NCBI GenBank assembly: GCA_951406725.2
Contig: OX597815.1
Span: 30,752,001-30,816,000, forward strand
Direction of reading: 5' to 3'
Length of the DNA: 64,000 nt
Source: Octopus vulgaris
Lineage: Eukaryota
Each line of letters starts with the position of its first letter. Positions within the stretch are counted from its first letter, which is position 1. The notes beneath the pieces are model-generated. The model was not told the DNA's origin, searched no databases, and was given only the letters and a program-made list of their open reading frames with translations. Positions 1-13,428 of the stretch are shown piece by piece. The position numbers and the translations under genes were made by a program.

Positions 1-904
1 GTCGATATGAGAATAATAAATTTAGACTTGCACTAGAACGCAACGACAAATTTTCGAAATTATGCATGTAAACTGATTGATTATTGGGTAACATTAACAA
101 CCCGGATGCATGACTGGTATTTAATTTATTGACAGAGGAATGATAAAAAGCAAAAATCAAACCTCAATTCTGAAAGCAAAGCAATGTAATTAAGTACATC
201 ATGGTATTTTGTCTTGCAGTCTAATGTTTTCCTCTAAAATCTCTTAAATTATTAGCATGATGTGAAGACGGTAAATATACGACTGGGGAAGCGACTGGTC
301 TCTATGATTATCTGAAATGCCACAGCAGTAAGTAAATAAGATGTAATATTCTCAACAGAGGATCGAAACCAAACTGTTCGTCATACACAGTGTTTTATAA
401 CTACATTAAGCTTCTGAATTATGCAGTGATAAATTCAATTATCTGGGAAAAATTCTTCTATTTTTGTTTTATGCGTTTGGAAAAGACAAAAGCTCTTCTG
501 TTTCAAATACCCTATATAAAGACGGAGGTGACGAGTCATGCCTTTTAAAGATATTATTTGATTTCCGATAAGCTACATGCGATGCATTCTATATTAAGTT
601 TATCATGATGCGTAGTATATATGATGCATGATATATTAAACATACTAAACAATATAATATTTCAACATGATGTTATTCAGTTCACGTTCGTGAACGCATA
701 TATTTTTATTCAGTATTCTCTGTAAATATATAATCGAGTAACATATATCTCAAAGGCATTAAGTATCAAATTCTTTGTTGACATCATTTAAAATTTATCT
801 AATGTTTACTATTTATCTATCTTACATATATATCATCGAAATATAATCCAGACTCACTTTACATGTATATACATCCACACGTACACGAATGCTTACATAC
901 ATGT

Positions 905-939
905 GCACACAGACAGACACACAGACACAGACACACATA

Positions 940-988
<49 letters not shown>

Positions 989-998
989 ACACGTACAC
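905..998. repeat. (CA)n/(CAGA)n microsatellite
   Basis: Direct reading of the sequence. Confidence 0.95.
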
Positions 999-1637
999 AA
1001 ATTGAAGGTGCTTTCTACAATAAGGGAAGGGCAGATATATGAAGGATATAACGTATCTGAAAAAGAATTTTGAAGATTGTTTCCAAGTAAATAATTTTTC
1101 GCATAAAACTTTGATGGCAATATTTTAGCAAGCCATCGGGTCAATTGCTCACTGTATGGAAGAATTCCGTTTTGGGCGTGGAATTATTAAATTATCGCAA
1201 AGCACATTTTCTCAAAGAAATCTCCTACAAACGGCCTGACAATTGCATTTCTTTAGATCTCACATGTCTTATACAAGACTGGCATTCAAAGTAACTTGCA
1301 TTTCACACAACAATCTTGTTAGCGAGTAGGGGTTGTAAGTTGAAATTTATGTGCACACACGCGCACACACATACACACACGCACATACGCACAAACATAT
1401 CCACATCCATGCACACACACATATTAATATACACACAAACATAGGTATGCATATATCTATGTCTAGTAGAAGGAAAATTCCGAAATAACACCCGCTGCAT
1501 TGCTAAATGGTTGATTTTGCTCTCGCTTGTTTCTGGACGGCATAGCTTTGTAGGTGAGAATATTAGCGGAGCTATTTCAAACTTATCGCCTTCAAATTTC
1601 AGCATTTGCTGACATCAATTATCTTAAACATCTAGGA

Positions 1638-2190
1638 CAGTGGGTCTCAACCGAGGGCGGGGTCTATATGGCTCTTGGTGATCCGTACAAAATTATTGAG
1701 TGCCCACACAAGCAAAATACTAAACTGGGGACCCACAGTAGTATATTAACAGTCTATGAAAAGAAATTACGGAGATGTACTTGCATAGCAACTGACCTGA
1801 TCTGAGATCGTGTGCTGGAACGAAAACAATTGCAGGGTGGAAGGTGTTTATAAACCATTTAAGAAACACAAAAAAACCGCTAGATTCACTTCAACATTTA
1901 AATTTAATTTGTCAAAATCTTTTCGTCGCTTTGAGACCGCGACCTGTTCACCGACAAAACTGTGCTGAAAAAAATTGCTTTACATGTATTTATTCTATGA
2001 AACATTAGGATTTCTTTCTCTATCATGTTATATAGCTCAACCTATACAAGTTTATATGTGGAACGCAAAATAGTAATTTTGTAAGATATTTCTATAAAAC
2101 AAATTTCAAAATGTCGAATGGCAATGGAGGTTCAGCAGAGGAAAATAGTAACCAAAGGGATCCATTGATAAAAGAATGGTTGAGAGTGAG
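1638..2190. mobile_element. Decayed hAT/Charlie-like MITE carrying a nested insertion
   Basis: Left end CAGTGGGTCTCAACC and right end GGTTGAGAG resemble the CAGTGGTTCTCAACC/GGTTGAGAACCACTG TIR type. Confidence 0.45.
1908..1958 (-). ncRNA. Minimal type-I hammerhead ribozyme motif, G3-C8 variant, inside a ~200-bp repeat (about 1770-1965)
   Basis: Minus strand TTTGTCG-GTGAACA-G-GTCGC-GGTCTCAAA-GCGAC-GAAA-AGAT-TT-TGACAAA: stem I 7 bp (one G-U), stem II 5 bp, GAAA and UH present. Confidence 0.6.
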
Positions 2191-2207
2191 GTTTATACTT
2201 ATGTATA

Positions 2208-2432
2208 GGGCAGTGAGCTGGCAGAGTCGTTAGCGCGCTGGGCGAAATGCTTAGCAGTATTTCGTCTACGTTCTGAGTTCAAATTCCGCGGAGGTCGACG
2301 TTGCCTTTCATCCTTTCGGGGTCGATTAAATAAGTAACAGTTATGCACTGGGGTCGATATAATCGACTTAATCCGTTTGTCTGTTCTTGTTTGTCCTCTC
2401 TGTGTTTAGCCCCTTGTGGGTAGTAAAGAAAT
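2208..2432 (+). mobile_element. tRNA-derived SINE family A (Meta-domain-like core)
   Basis: B-box-like GAGTTCAAATTCC followed by GCCTTTCATCCTTTCGGGGTCGAT core; many copies in the window. Confidence 0.85.
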
Positions 2433-2464
2433 ATTTTATTCTTATGTACGTGTTAACAGCTATC

Positions 2465-2499
<35 letters not shown>

Positions 2500-2748
2500 T
2501 ATATGTATGTATGTACGTATGTTTGTACGTATGTATGTATGTGTGCATGTATTTATGTATGTATGTATGTATGCATATACGTATGTATATATGTGCGTGT
2601 ATGTATATATGTATGTGTGTGTATGTATATATGTATGTATGTGTGTTCGTACGTATTTATCATGTATGTATGCATGTACATATGTATTTATTATGTACGA
2701 GTGTGTATGTACCTATATATATGTGTGTACGTATGTATGTATGTATGT
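2465..2748. repeat. Degenerate (TATG)n tract
   Basis: Direct reading. Confidence 0.95.
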
Positions 2749-3223
2749 AGCTCTTGCAAGGTATTCCCCGTAGTGTAATCTTAAGCTTGTTTACCTCATT
2801 TCTAACACCGTAACTAATTCATAGTGGCAAGTAAAGTAATCGATTTGTGTCTGCGCCTGTTCCTTGTTGATCCATATCCCAACTAACCATAATGTCAACA
2901 ACTCTTTGTGGTTAAGCATGGAATTGTCAGCAGCTCAACAATACCTCGTGAGATAGCAGTCCTCGCCAAATCTACATACCTAGAGAAGCAATTTGTGATA
3001 ATTATTCCATATTACCTTATGCTGTACATTTGAGATATATTCTTCCAATTAGCTTAATTAACACAAACCAGTTGAATCGTTTACACTATCAATGATTTGA
3101 TATCGCATATAGATGAACTACATGCGTATTGGCAAGATTCCTATGCGTCTATCTATTATGTGTTTCATTTGCACACACAAACACACGTACACAACACCCA
3201 ATCAATACACACATTTGTACATT

Positions 3224-3403
3224 ACAAACGGATTAAGTCGATTATATCGACCCCAGTGCGTAACTGTTACTTATTTAATCGACCCCCGAAAGGATGAAAG
3301 GCAACGTCGACCTCTGCGGAATTTGAACTCAGAACGTAGCGGCAGACGAAATACTGCTAAGCATTTCGCCCAGCGCGCTAACGATTCTGCCAGCTCACTG
3401 CCC
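3224..3403 (-). mobile_element. SINE family A, duplicated copy of 2208-2380
   Basis: Reverse complement of the 2208 copy with the same variants (GTCGACGTTGCC, AAGTAACAG). Confidence 0.85.
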
Positions 3404-3679
3404 TATACATAAGTATAAACCTCACTCTCAACCATTCTTTTATCAATGGATCTCTTTGGTTACTATTTTCCTCTGCTGAACCTCCATTGCCATTCGACAT
3501 TTTAAAACTTGTTTTATAGAAATATCTTACAAAATTACTATTTTGCGTTCCACATATAAACTTGTATAGGTTGAACTATATATACGCACTTTTGACACGT
3601 TTTGGTGTACCTGAGCACTGTATCCTATAATTTTATTATTTTTATTATTACTGTATGATGCACACAAAACTGGCTCTCT

Positions 3680-3985
3680 ATTGGTTACAACGATGAGGGT
3701 TCCAACTGATCAGATCAACTGAACAAGCTGCTTGTGAAATTAACGCCCAAGTGACTGAGCACTGCACAGACACGCGAACTCTGAACGTAGTTTCCAGAGA
3801 GATTCAGTGTGACAGAGGTTGTAAGAAGGCTGGTCTTTTAAAATAATGGCACTGCTCATGTTTATCAGCTGAGTGGACTTGAAGAATGTGAAATAATGTT
3901 TCAGAAGAACACCACTCTTCGCGGGGTATCGAACTCACAACCTTACGATTGTGAGCCGAATAACCTAACCATTGGTCATACACTT
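3680..3985 (-). mobile_element. Diverged SINE family C (tRNA head, CORE-like body, tail shared with family B)
   Basis: Similar to 12510-12822 along its length. Confidence 0.7.
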
Positions 3986-4039
3986 TCACATCACAACATA
4001 CACACACATACATATAGACATATCTATATATCTCACTAA

Positions 4040-4339
4040 CACCAAACCACCCAACAATGTTGATAGCTATAAACGCCAACAACCCAGATCTAATGGAATA
4101 CATTTGATCAAGCACCAGCATAACAGAAAATGATAAGAAAACAAAGAACCAGCCACGCACAACACCACCACAACACAGTAAAATCATACACATAACACAG
4201 AACCCACACAACATCCTGAAATCTCTCTACCCTGATGCAGTTGGGAGATTTTCAAAAATACCTGTTCAAAAAACTATACAAAAACCTTCTGGGAGAAGAC
4301 TGTGAGGTAAAGAACAAAGATCTTTCGGACAGTAAGTGA

Positions 4340-4395
<56 letters not shown>

Positions 4396-5660
4396 TTCGT
4401 CTTCCTTTCGTGTGTAAAATACAACTTTCGATAGGAACATGCTCGAAATAGGCAGTATAAATGTAGGGTAGGCTGGTCATCTTGGGTGTCGATGGCAGTA
4501 ATGGGTGTGCTTTTCGACTGATAACAGTTTACGCACCGTCCTTAACAGGCCTGCCAGATTTCTTTCGACGTCAAGAGGTTTTCCTGGGAACGTCTCGACC
4601 TTTACTTTTAGAGGGGGATTGGAACGCTGCTCTTGACATGCGTTTAGACTACGTGGGCAGAGATAGTAATAGCAGGGGATGTAAATGCCCCAAAGACCTG
4701 CTCAGACGTTTCCAACTGTCTGACAGGTACCGACTGGAGCACCCGAATGTGCCAATGTAGACATGGAGCAACCGCATCGGGTTGTCCAGATCGTACTTAG
4801 ATAGAGTATTCTGTAGGACAGTGGATAAGGATAGTGTAGGTTGTCTACAATTCCATATAGTTAGGTACACAGACCACAAATTTGGGACTTGCAGACTTGA
4901 CTTAGATAAGACATATAGGCAGGTCCCGGTTACTGGAAGCTGAACGCATCGTTCACGGCACGTCAGGCTTACAGTGACCGGATTAGCACATTAGTTAAGA
5001 GAGTATTGACGAGTGCCATCATCAACAACAGATGGTGGTATGCTCTAAAGAAAGCAATTAAAGCAGAATCGGTTAGGTACAGTAAGGCCCTAGCATTAGA
5101 CCGAAATAAAACAGAGGGAGACCTAGTTAAGAAATTAGAAGAGGCACTTAGAACTGGCATCGCGTCCAACGTACTGGCCTTCGACCAACATTTCAACGCC
5201 AAACACGAAGGATGATGCATTGTCAGAACTAGGATGCGTGCTCTGAGGAAGGAAGGAGCTGGAGCTGCCCGAGAGGCCCGAGTGGCGGTGGCGCTACGAA
5301 GCAACAGAACCACCATTAGGCTACTTACAGATGAACTGGAGCGCGAATTACTCGAGCCTGAAAGGATATGTGAAGCCTTTCAACAACACTTTGTCCGACT
5401 GTTTGGGACAACTGGTGGGACAGAACAACTGGTGGACTTTAGTGCCTACCTGCCTGGCCTTACACGACTCACAGCAAGAGAGGCAGAGTGTTGTGAAAGA
5501 CCCATCACAGCCGCGGACGTACGGCATGCGATGGCAGGCTGTGCGAAAGACAAGTCACCAGGCTTGGATGGTCTTCCCTACGAACTTTATTATCATATGC
5601 CAGACTTGTTTGGAGGTGTCTAGGCAGTTGTCTACTGCAACTGGCAGCAAAACGATTTAA
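4040..5660 (+). mobile_element. Tx1/L1-clade LINE fragment: probable ORF1 end, then disrupted ORF2 from ATG 4439 (APE endonuclease and start of RT)
   Basis: Motifs GSINV, ITVYAP, EGDWN, SYLDRVF, TDH and KSPGLDGLPYELY, with stops, frameshifts and an internal deletion. Confidence 0.88.
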
Positions 5661-5829
5661 AATTCCTAACATGAATATAAACTGAGGTCAGCTTAGATCA
5701 GCTGAGCCTCTTAATGTTCATCTCGCTCCTCCTCTCTCTTCCTCTCATACCTTTTGGCTCCTCTCACAGCATTCATTACCTTTTCGATCCCAACAATTGC
5801 TATTTGTTAGAAACTGCAGGGGTGCCGGT

Positions 5830-6150
5830 CTGAACTAAATATCGGTCTGAGCTAAAGCCCAGATAATTGATATTATAGAAGACATATAGTAATGCTCTCA
5901 TGGAATGCCTGAGTTTAGCAATCGAAACTTCGGAAGGTAATGAATGCTGTGCGAATTGAGTCGATTCTAAGGCCTTATATAAACATTCATGAAGGAACTG
6001 TGGAGAAAGAAAAACAGAGACAAAGGAGAAGATGAAGGTACAATATGAACGAATGCAAATCACTAGCGGAAATCGGAGATCCGGTATGCAACATGGTTTA
6101 CCATTTTCACGATGGCGCCTTTGGAATGCTCCATTGGAAGTTGAGGGCCA
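5830..6150 (+). mobile_element. Possible old RTE-type LINE 3' fragment
   Basis: HEGTVEKEKQRQRRR* resembles the RTE C-terminal G.VEG.R.RGR.R.RW motif. Confidence 0.3.
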
Positions 6151-6781
6151 AAGACAAGACAAATATACACACACACAGACTTACATTTTGCAGTAAATCG
6201 GAATACTTTTATATATTCCAAAATTATCATTGCTCTGTGATTTCATAGCAAGAGAAATAAATTGTCCTCCAACTCTGCGTGGCTTGGCGCATGTATCGAG
6301 GATGTTTGGTCACATTTTGTTTTGGTACTGCAGAAGGAAAACCTCTATATGCAAAATACAGAGTAGCTCACGCGAGGTTTTGCTAATTTAAATATTGTGT
6401 TAGTAGCAACTTTAAAAAGATTGTGTAATTCACCAGCACAGCAGGGAAAATAAAATATTTAGTATACAAGTACATTTGCATGTTTAAAACACATAAAGAC
6501 TTACTATGGACTAAAACAGAGGGATACATCATATCCTACTCACGTTGTCATTTTACTAAGTTTATAAATCTTCATACTGTGCGCGGGTGTATTAGCCATT
6601 TCATATCACAATAACACCGACATCTTACTGAGAACACCTTCGTGAGAACTAAGAGGCTTTTTTCTATACTGTTACAAACTGTGATCCTTTGGCATCACCG
6701 CGGCCGGAATTAAACTAATTCTGACGCAAAGTTGTAGTAACTGTCTTATTTATATCTTTGTTTCACTATGTGGTGACACTT

Positions 6782-6885
6782 TATGTATGTATGTATGTAT
6801 GTATGTATGTATGTATGTATGTATGTATGTATGTATGTATGTATGTATGAATGTATGTATGTATGTATGTATGTATGTATATATG

Positions 6886-6917
<32 letters not shown>

Positions 6918-7450
6918 AATGTATGCATGTATGTATGTATGTATGTAAGTATGTACGTATGTATGTATGTATGTATGTATGTATGTATGTATGAATGTAT
7001 GTATGTATGTATGAATGCATGTATGTATATATGAATGTATGTATGTATGTATGTATGTATGAATGTATGTATGAATGTATGAATGTATGTATGTATGTAT
7101 GAATGCATTATGTATGTATGTATGTATGTATGTATGTATGAATGTATGAATGTATGTATATATGAATGTATGTATGTATGTATGTATGTATGTATGTATG
7201 TATGTATGAATGTATGTATGTATGTATGTATGTATGTATGTATGTATGTATGTATGTATGTATGTATGTATGTATGTATGAATGTATGTATGTATGTATG
7301 TATAAATGTATGTATGTATGTATGAATGTATGTATGTATGTATGAATGTATGTATGTATGTATGTATGTATGAATGTATGTGTATGTATATATGGATGTA
7401 TGTATGTATGTATATATGTATGAATGCATGTATTTAAGTATGCATGTATA
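6782..7450. repeat. Long (TATG)n/(TGAA) tract, about 670 bp
   Basis: Direct reading. Confidence 0.97.
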
Positions 7451-8940
7451 TAAGCGACTTATAACCAGAATCATGTAAAATTTATAATTTAAACATTTAT
7501 CGGGATTCCTTATAGTCTGAGTTACATTTCGTATTACTCAAGTGTATAAATACATGTGAAATTACTGGTGTGAATATAAACACAAATCTTAAGACATTTT
7601 TTTAGCGAGGAGGAAATGGGAAGGTACGTTACCCATACATTTTCCAATGTCATCAGATACCTAAATATAGTGAACTAACCCCAACTGTGAGTGGATGCCA
7701 ACACGAGAACTTTCAGCACAAATGACTAATGATGTAAAATACAAAGATATATATAAAATAATAAATATATTTCAGAAATATTTTTTTGGTGTGGAATTTA
7801 TTCTTTTTCTATCTTCTAGAAAGAACATCATGTTTATAATCAACGACGAGCGCAACAATTCAAAAAACCCCACAACATAATAGCTGAGAGTTAGTAAATC
7901 TCCCACTGGGATATGAAACGGCTCGCACCCAATCGTAAACATTCGCCTGCTGTTTCTGCAGCTGTCGTCAGACATGCTCGCTCTTCTGGAGACATTACTG
8001 TTCACAGAAATATAATAGAGGGAAGGGCCAAAGAGTAAAAAAATAAATAAAAAGATCTGAATTTCTCGTTATTCTACTTTCTTGTACTTCAGACGACCCG
8101 AGTCAAAATTTTGTCTGTTTTCTTTGTACTTGTGTTTTATTTCTTATTTTTTGGTCGGTATTCATACACATCTCTGTATGTTGGTATTTGCATTCATTTC
8201 TGTTTGTCTATGACTATGAATATATATGTTTGGTGTATGTATGTGCCTGTGTGCATGTGTTTGTGAATGTGATCTATGTATGTGCAAGGCAAGTATGTGC
8301 GTACGTGCGTGTACATGTGTATTTGTGTGTGCGTGTGTCTGCTTTATATTTAAATATTTTTCTATTATATATTGCGCCATTTTACTTTCCGTACTATTTA
8401 TGTTTTGGCTTTCTTTTCAAGAAACTTTCATCTATTTTCTTTTAGCTTTTATCTTTTTTTCATCCATGTGGTCTTCTCTCTGTCTGACACCGTAAATGTG
8501 GCATGCATTAGGGTTGGTGAGTGTAATGCGTCTCAAATTTTGGAAGCCGTGCCTTAAAATGCAGTCGGCACGTTCAGAAGCCAATACGATAACATTTTGA
8601 ATGCGTCTGAACCGGATAAGGTTTCACAAAACTCAAATATATATTTTCATATTTCAGTTCTTGGCAAAATGATAATCGTAAAAGAATAACATCACATAAG
8701 TTTATCTTCATACACTCACAATAATAACCCGAGTTTGCAAAAGTTGTTAATGATGTATACCCCCTATATTTTACCCCCTAACAGACAAGTAAAGGAAGGA
8801 GAGAAATGAAATTCTGTGATGCTAATAAAGTTTTCAAATTATTTAACGACACTAGCGACTCAACGTGGAATCACAACCACCTTATTGTTGTGAATGGCAG
8901 GAAATACATTATGTATGTATGCATGTAATTATGTATATAA

Positions 8941-9017
8941 TTATTCAGTTTTATTGCAAAATTTCTTGACAATAGAGAAAGAGCTGGTTTCATTGGAATT
9001 TCAAAATCAACAACAGG

Positions 9018-9048
<31 letters not shown>

Positions 9049-9370
9049 TGTATGTATGTATGTATGTATGTATGTATGTATGTATGTATGTATGTATGTA
9101 TGTATGTATGTATGTATGTGCAGATATGTTTGTTTTATGTATGTATTCTCATGCATATAGTTGCGTATCTAGAAATGCTTATATATCCTTAATTGATAAA
9201 CTTCTGAAAGGTTTTACACATTTTTACAGTTCCAATGATGGACTGGATCTGAAGTATTTGAATTAGCTTTCTCCTTTCTGGTTTTGAGAAGCCTAATTTT
9301 TATGTATGCTGGTTTCTAACCTAGATCCAAGGTTACTTCATGGCAAGTTCAACAACGTCAATAGTGTCTT
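8941..9370 (-). mobile_element. 3' end of an R4/Dong-like LINE with internal (CATA)n (9020-9118)
   Basis: Homologous to 19206-19550 on both sides of the TATG tract. Confidence 0.75.
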
Positions 9371-9441
9371 TGTGTACGTATGTGTTTATAAGTGCAGTAT
9401 TTGGAGTCAGTGCATGTGTCGATTTGTAGGATTTCTTTTAT

Positions 9442-9577
9442 GTACGAAGGGGTACCCCCCAAAAAAACAGGAACTTTACAGTCTTACTATATTCACTTAG
9501 GCATAAATGTTTATACTTTTACCGCCTTCAAACTATTCTCCATTTGAAGCAATACATCGATGCAGACGTGTTTTCAA
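9442..9577 (-). mobile_element. Mariner-like 3' terminal fragment
   Basis: Minus translation LKTRLHRCIASNGE*FEG (mariner C-terminus) and a TACGAAGGGG terminal sequence. Confidence 0.55.
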
Positions 9578-10173
9578 ATAATTATATTCGTGTGTGTAAG
9601 TATATGCATGTATGTATGCGTAGATATGAGTATGTATACATGTAAATATGTACACGTACGAGTGCACATATATAAATGGCCGCCGCAAGCAGGGATGGCA
9701 TTGCATATGTGGATCTTGTTGAAGGTCAAATTTTATAAATGTGTTACATATTTTGACAGTACCTTTGACAGTCTGTAATTGTCATCTTTTGATCATGCGT
9801 GCTCTTTGTGTTTATGTGAATCCCAGCGCCTTAAGATGAAAATCACAACACATGTCTGTGTTTATATGCGGGTATTTATGTATATAAATGCGTATAATAT
9901 ATACGTGTGTGTGTGTGTACGCGCGTTTCTGCTTATGTGTATGTGTGTTTGTTGGTGTGTGCGAATATACATATATGCACACATACACTCATACACACAC
10001 AAACATATATGTGCAGATGAAACAGGCTAGAAGAAACATCAAAATATAATCAAGTCATATTGAAATATATTCTTCATATGTTCTGTATCTTCTCAGGATA
10101 CGGCCCTGTTTCTGGCAGTCAGATATTCAGAGACATATATGAAAATATGGTGCCGGCATAAGTCAAACCACAC

Positions 10174-10185
10174 CACACACACACA

Positions 10186-10258
<73 letters not shown>
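10174..10258. repeat. (CA)n microsatellite
   Basis: Direct reading. Confidence 0.95.
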
Positions 10259-10260
<2 letters not shown>

Positions 10261-10616
10261 ATAGCAGATACATACGTACATATATCAAAGCACTCATATA
10301 TTTGGTATAAACAAGCAAGCCCCTTTACAGACCGGTTAGACTAAATTCTACACTAAATTCTACACTAAATTCTTGTCCAGCCAGGCGGTCTATGAAATTC
10401 TCTTTTATAATGGATCTGGTCTCGTTGAAATGTCGATTCAACTTTTTACAATGCCGCGTGACTCTCCTTGACCAATGGCAGCCCAGTTTTCATTAGCCAT
10501 TCCGGACCGCCTGCTTCCTCTCCCTTTCAGTTAACTGAGCCCGAGAAACTGGGTTTCTGTTAGAAGCCTAGAAAATTTTACGTCGCATGGGGCTCAATCA
10601 AACCTTTAATTAATGA

Positions 10617-10825
10617 CATACATACAAACACGCACACGCACGCACACACACATACATACATGCATACATACACAGATACGTACATATATACATACATACA
10701 TACATACATACATACATACATACATACATGCATACATGCATACAAACATACATACATACATACATTCATACATACATACATACATACATACATACATACA
10801 TACATACATACATACATGCATACAC
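10617..10825. repeat. (CATA)n tract
   Basis: Direct reading. Confidence 0.95.
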
Positions 10826-11774
10826 AACAGAAAATGGATTGAGCGACAAAATTTACTTAAAATCCCTACAATCGTCTCAACACATCAGTGAAATGATGTA
10901 TTTAATGTATTGTGTAATCACTATCATCCTTCAAAATATAAGATGCATTTCCTCAGGTGACTATTTTAAACAATTTCTTCGTTAGAACATACTGACATTT
11001 CCCTACGTACGAGAATGAATACCCAAAACAGTGTGCGCACACACGCACATACACACAGACACAGAGACACCCACCCTCAAACACGTCAAGCACACATACA
11101 CACACGCACGCGCACGTACACACATACACATTATAACTAAGTCATTATGACTGGGTATATGCGTTACTGAGCACATCTAGCAAGACTAAAATGTGTACAC
11201 CGCTATCACTAGTTGGCTTTTAAAACAGAAGTTTCAGATGTAAGAACAATACTCTATTATCAGCTTCACTTGAATTTTGTACAGTTACAGTAATTGTTTC
11301 GGAACTACATAGCATACGATGTCCATATTTCAAGGTGGCTGGCTAGGTCAACCATAAATCATGTACAATGAACTGTAATCCTAGATAGAGATTCGCATCC
11401 TGGAAGCCGAAAGCGATGTTCCTATTAGTAAACATCTAGGTAGACTGGTTTAAGAGCAGCTGAAGCGAGAATTAATAGCAGAAATCAAAAGCATGTGAAG
11501 AGTGGCATTAAAGGAATAATTGATATAGAATCCAGTTACAGTCAAACTAAATGACGCCTATCTTACACGCTCTCGTCATCAAGAATTCTTACTCCGATCT
11601 ATCATATCTATTCTGTTAATTTTGGTGCTCGAAACGTGTCTGTAAAAGCTGGAGCTCTTAAGTAACATCCTGCTAGAACAGGTTTCAAAAATACGACATC
11701 CAGCTACTGCGATGATACGTTGGATGAAACTAAACTAAAATACTGAAAATGTACGTAATTGATGAAAATCGCTC

Positions 11775-11945
11775 ACTGTTTGTTGCTGCGAAATTACGCT
11801 GAAAGTAAATGTGTGATATGTACCTTAGTCAATGTAAAATGGAATAGATTAAAAAAGAGATGGATGAAAATGGCAGCCGAAAACATTGGATTAAGATACT
11901 GAAATCCATAATTTTGGTAGTCGTAGCATCAACAAGACATTCATG
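11775..11945. repeat. Diverged ~170-bp segment paralogous to 16393-16598
   Basis: Alignable by eye, e.g. ATGGAT.AAAATGGC.GCCGAAAA and TGAAATCCATA.TTTTGGT. Confidence 0.8.
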
Positions 11946-12356
11946 CCTTAGCGAAAGAGAAAGTGAGATGGAAGGGAACATGAGGACTGAAAATTTCACT
12001 AATTTTCCAAATTGCCATAATTTGGTTATAATTTACGAGAAAGTGTTGCCGTGCAATAAAATTGGTGAGATTGGATGGATAGATATTAAATCTCTCAAAC
12101 AAACTCTCAGATCCACTTACCGCTCAAAACGGACGCGAACACTTTATGTATTTCCTATTACAACTCCTATATTTAAGCCTGTCTCATTCCCACCAATTAG
12201 ATTATATTAGTTCTTCACATTTATTGTAGATGTTTAAACCCTTATATATAGTACAGACAATTATTCCGTTACTGAAAATGAGAGCACATTGAAAAGGTCC
12301 AGAAGGTTCAAGCCTAAGACGATTGCTAATTGTGTGTGAGTACATGCATACATACA

Positions 12357-12399
<43 letters not shown>

Positions 12400-12401
12400 G
12401 C

Positions 12402-12443
<42 letters not shown>

Positions 12444-12509
12444 ATATACGTATACATACATACATACATACATACATACATACATACATACATACATACA
12501 TACATAGAG

Positions 12510-12822
12510 GAGCACTCCGTCGGTTACGACGACGAGGGTCCCAGCTGATACGATCAACGGAACAGCTTGCTCGTGAAATTAACGTGCAAGTGACTGAGTA
12601 ATCCATAAATACGCGTACCCTTAACGTAGTTCTCGGGTAGATTCAGCGCGACACAGAGTGTGAAAAGGCTGGTCCTTTGAAATACAGGTACAACGCATTT
12701 TTGCCCGCCGAGTGAACTGGAGCAACGTGAAGTAAAGTGTCTTGCTCAAGGACAAATCGCGTCACCGGGAATGGAACTCACGATCTTACAATCGTGAGCC
12801 GAATGCCCTAACCACGCGCCTT
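12510..12822 (-). mobile_element. SINE family C between (CATA)n tracts
   Basis: tRNA-like head (GTGGTTAGGGCATTCGGCTCACG...GAGTTCCATTCC), CCTTGAGCAAGACAC core and family-B-type tail. Confidence 0.85.
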
Positions 12823-12824
12823 CA

Positions 12825-13208
<384 letters not shown>

Positions 13209-13244
13209 GGTATGTGACCGACGGGGTTGTTTATCGTTTATCCG

Positions 13245-13293
<49 letters not shown>

Positions 13294-13351
13294 AATTTTC
13301 CGATATTAATGTAAGTATATACATCATGTATATAAACATACATACATATAC

Positions 13352-13422
<71 letters not shown>

Positions 13423-13428
13423 TATATA

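Larger units (their letters stand above)
2029..3582. repeat. Inverted duplication, arms 2029-2380 and 3224-3582, spacer 843 bp
   Basis: Arms are near-identical reverse complements that include non-SINE flank and private SINE variants. Confidence 0.95.

Noticed and set aside
7772-8005. 77-aa minus ORF and 41-aa plus ORF in a GC-richer block
   Set aside because: No recognisable motif or convincing splice boundaries.
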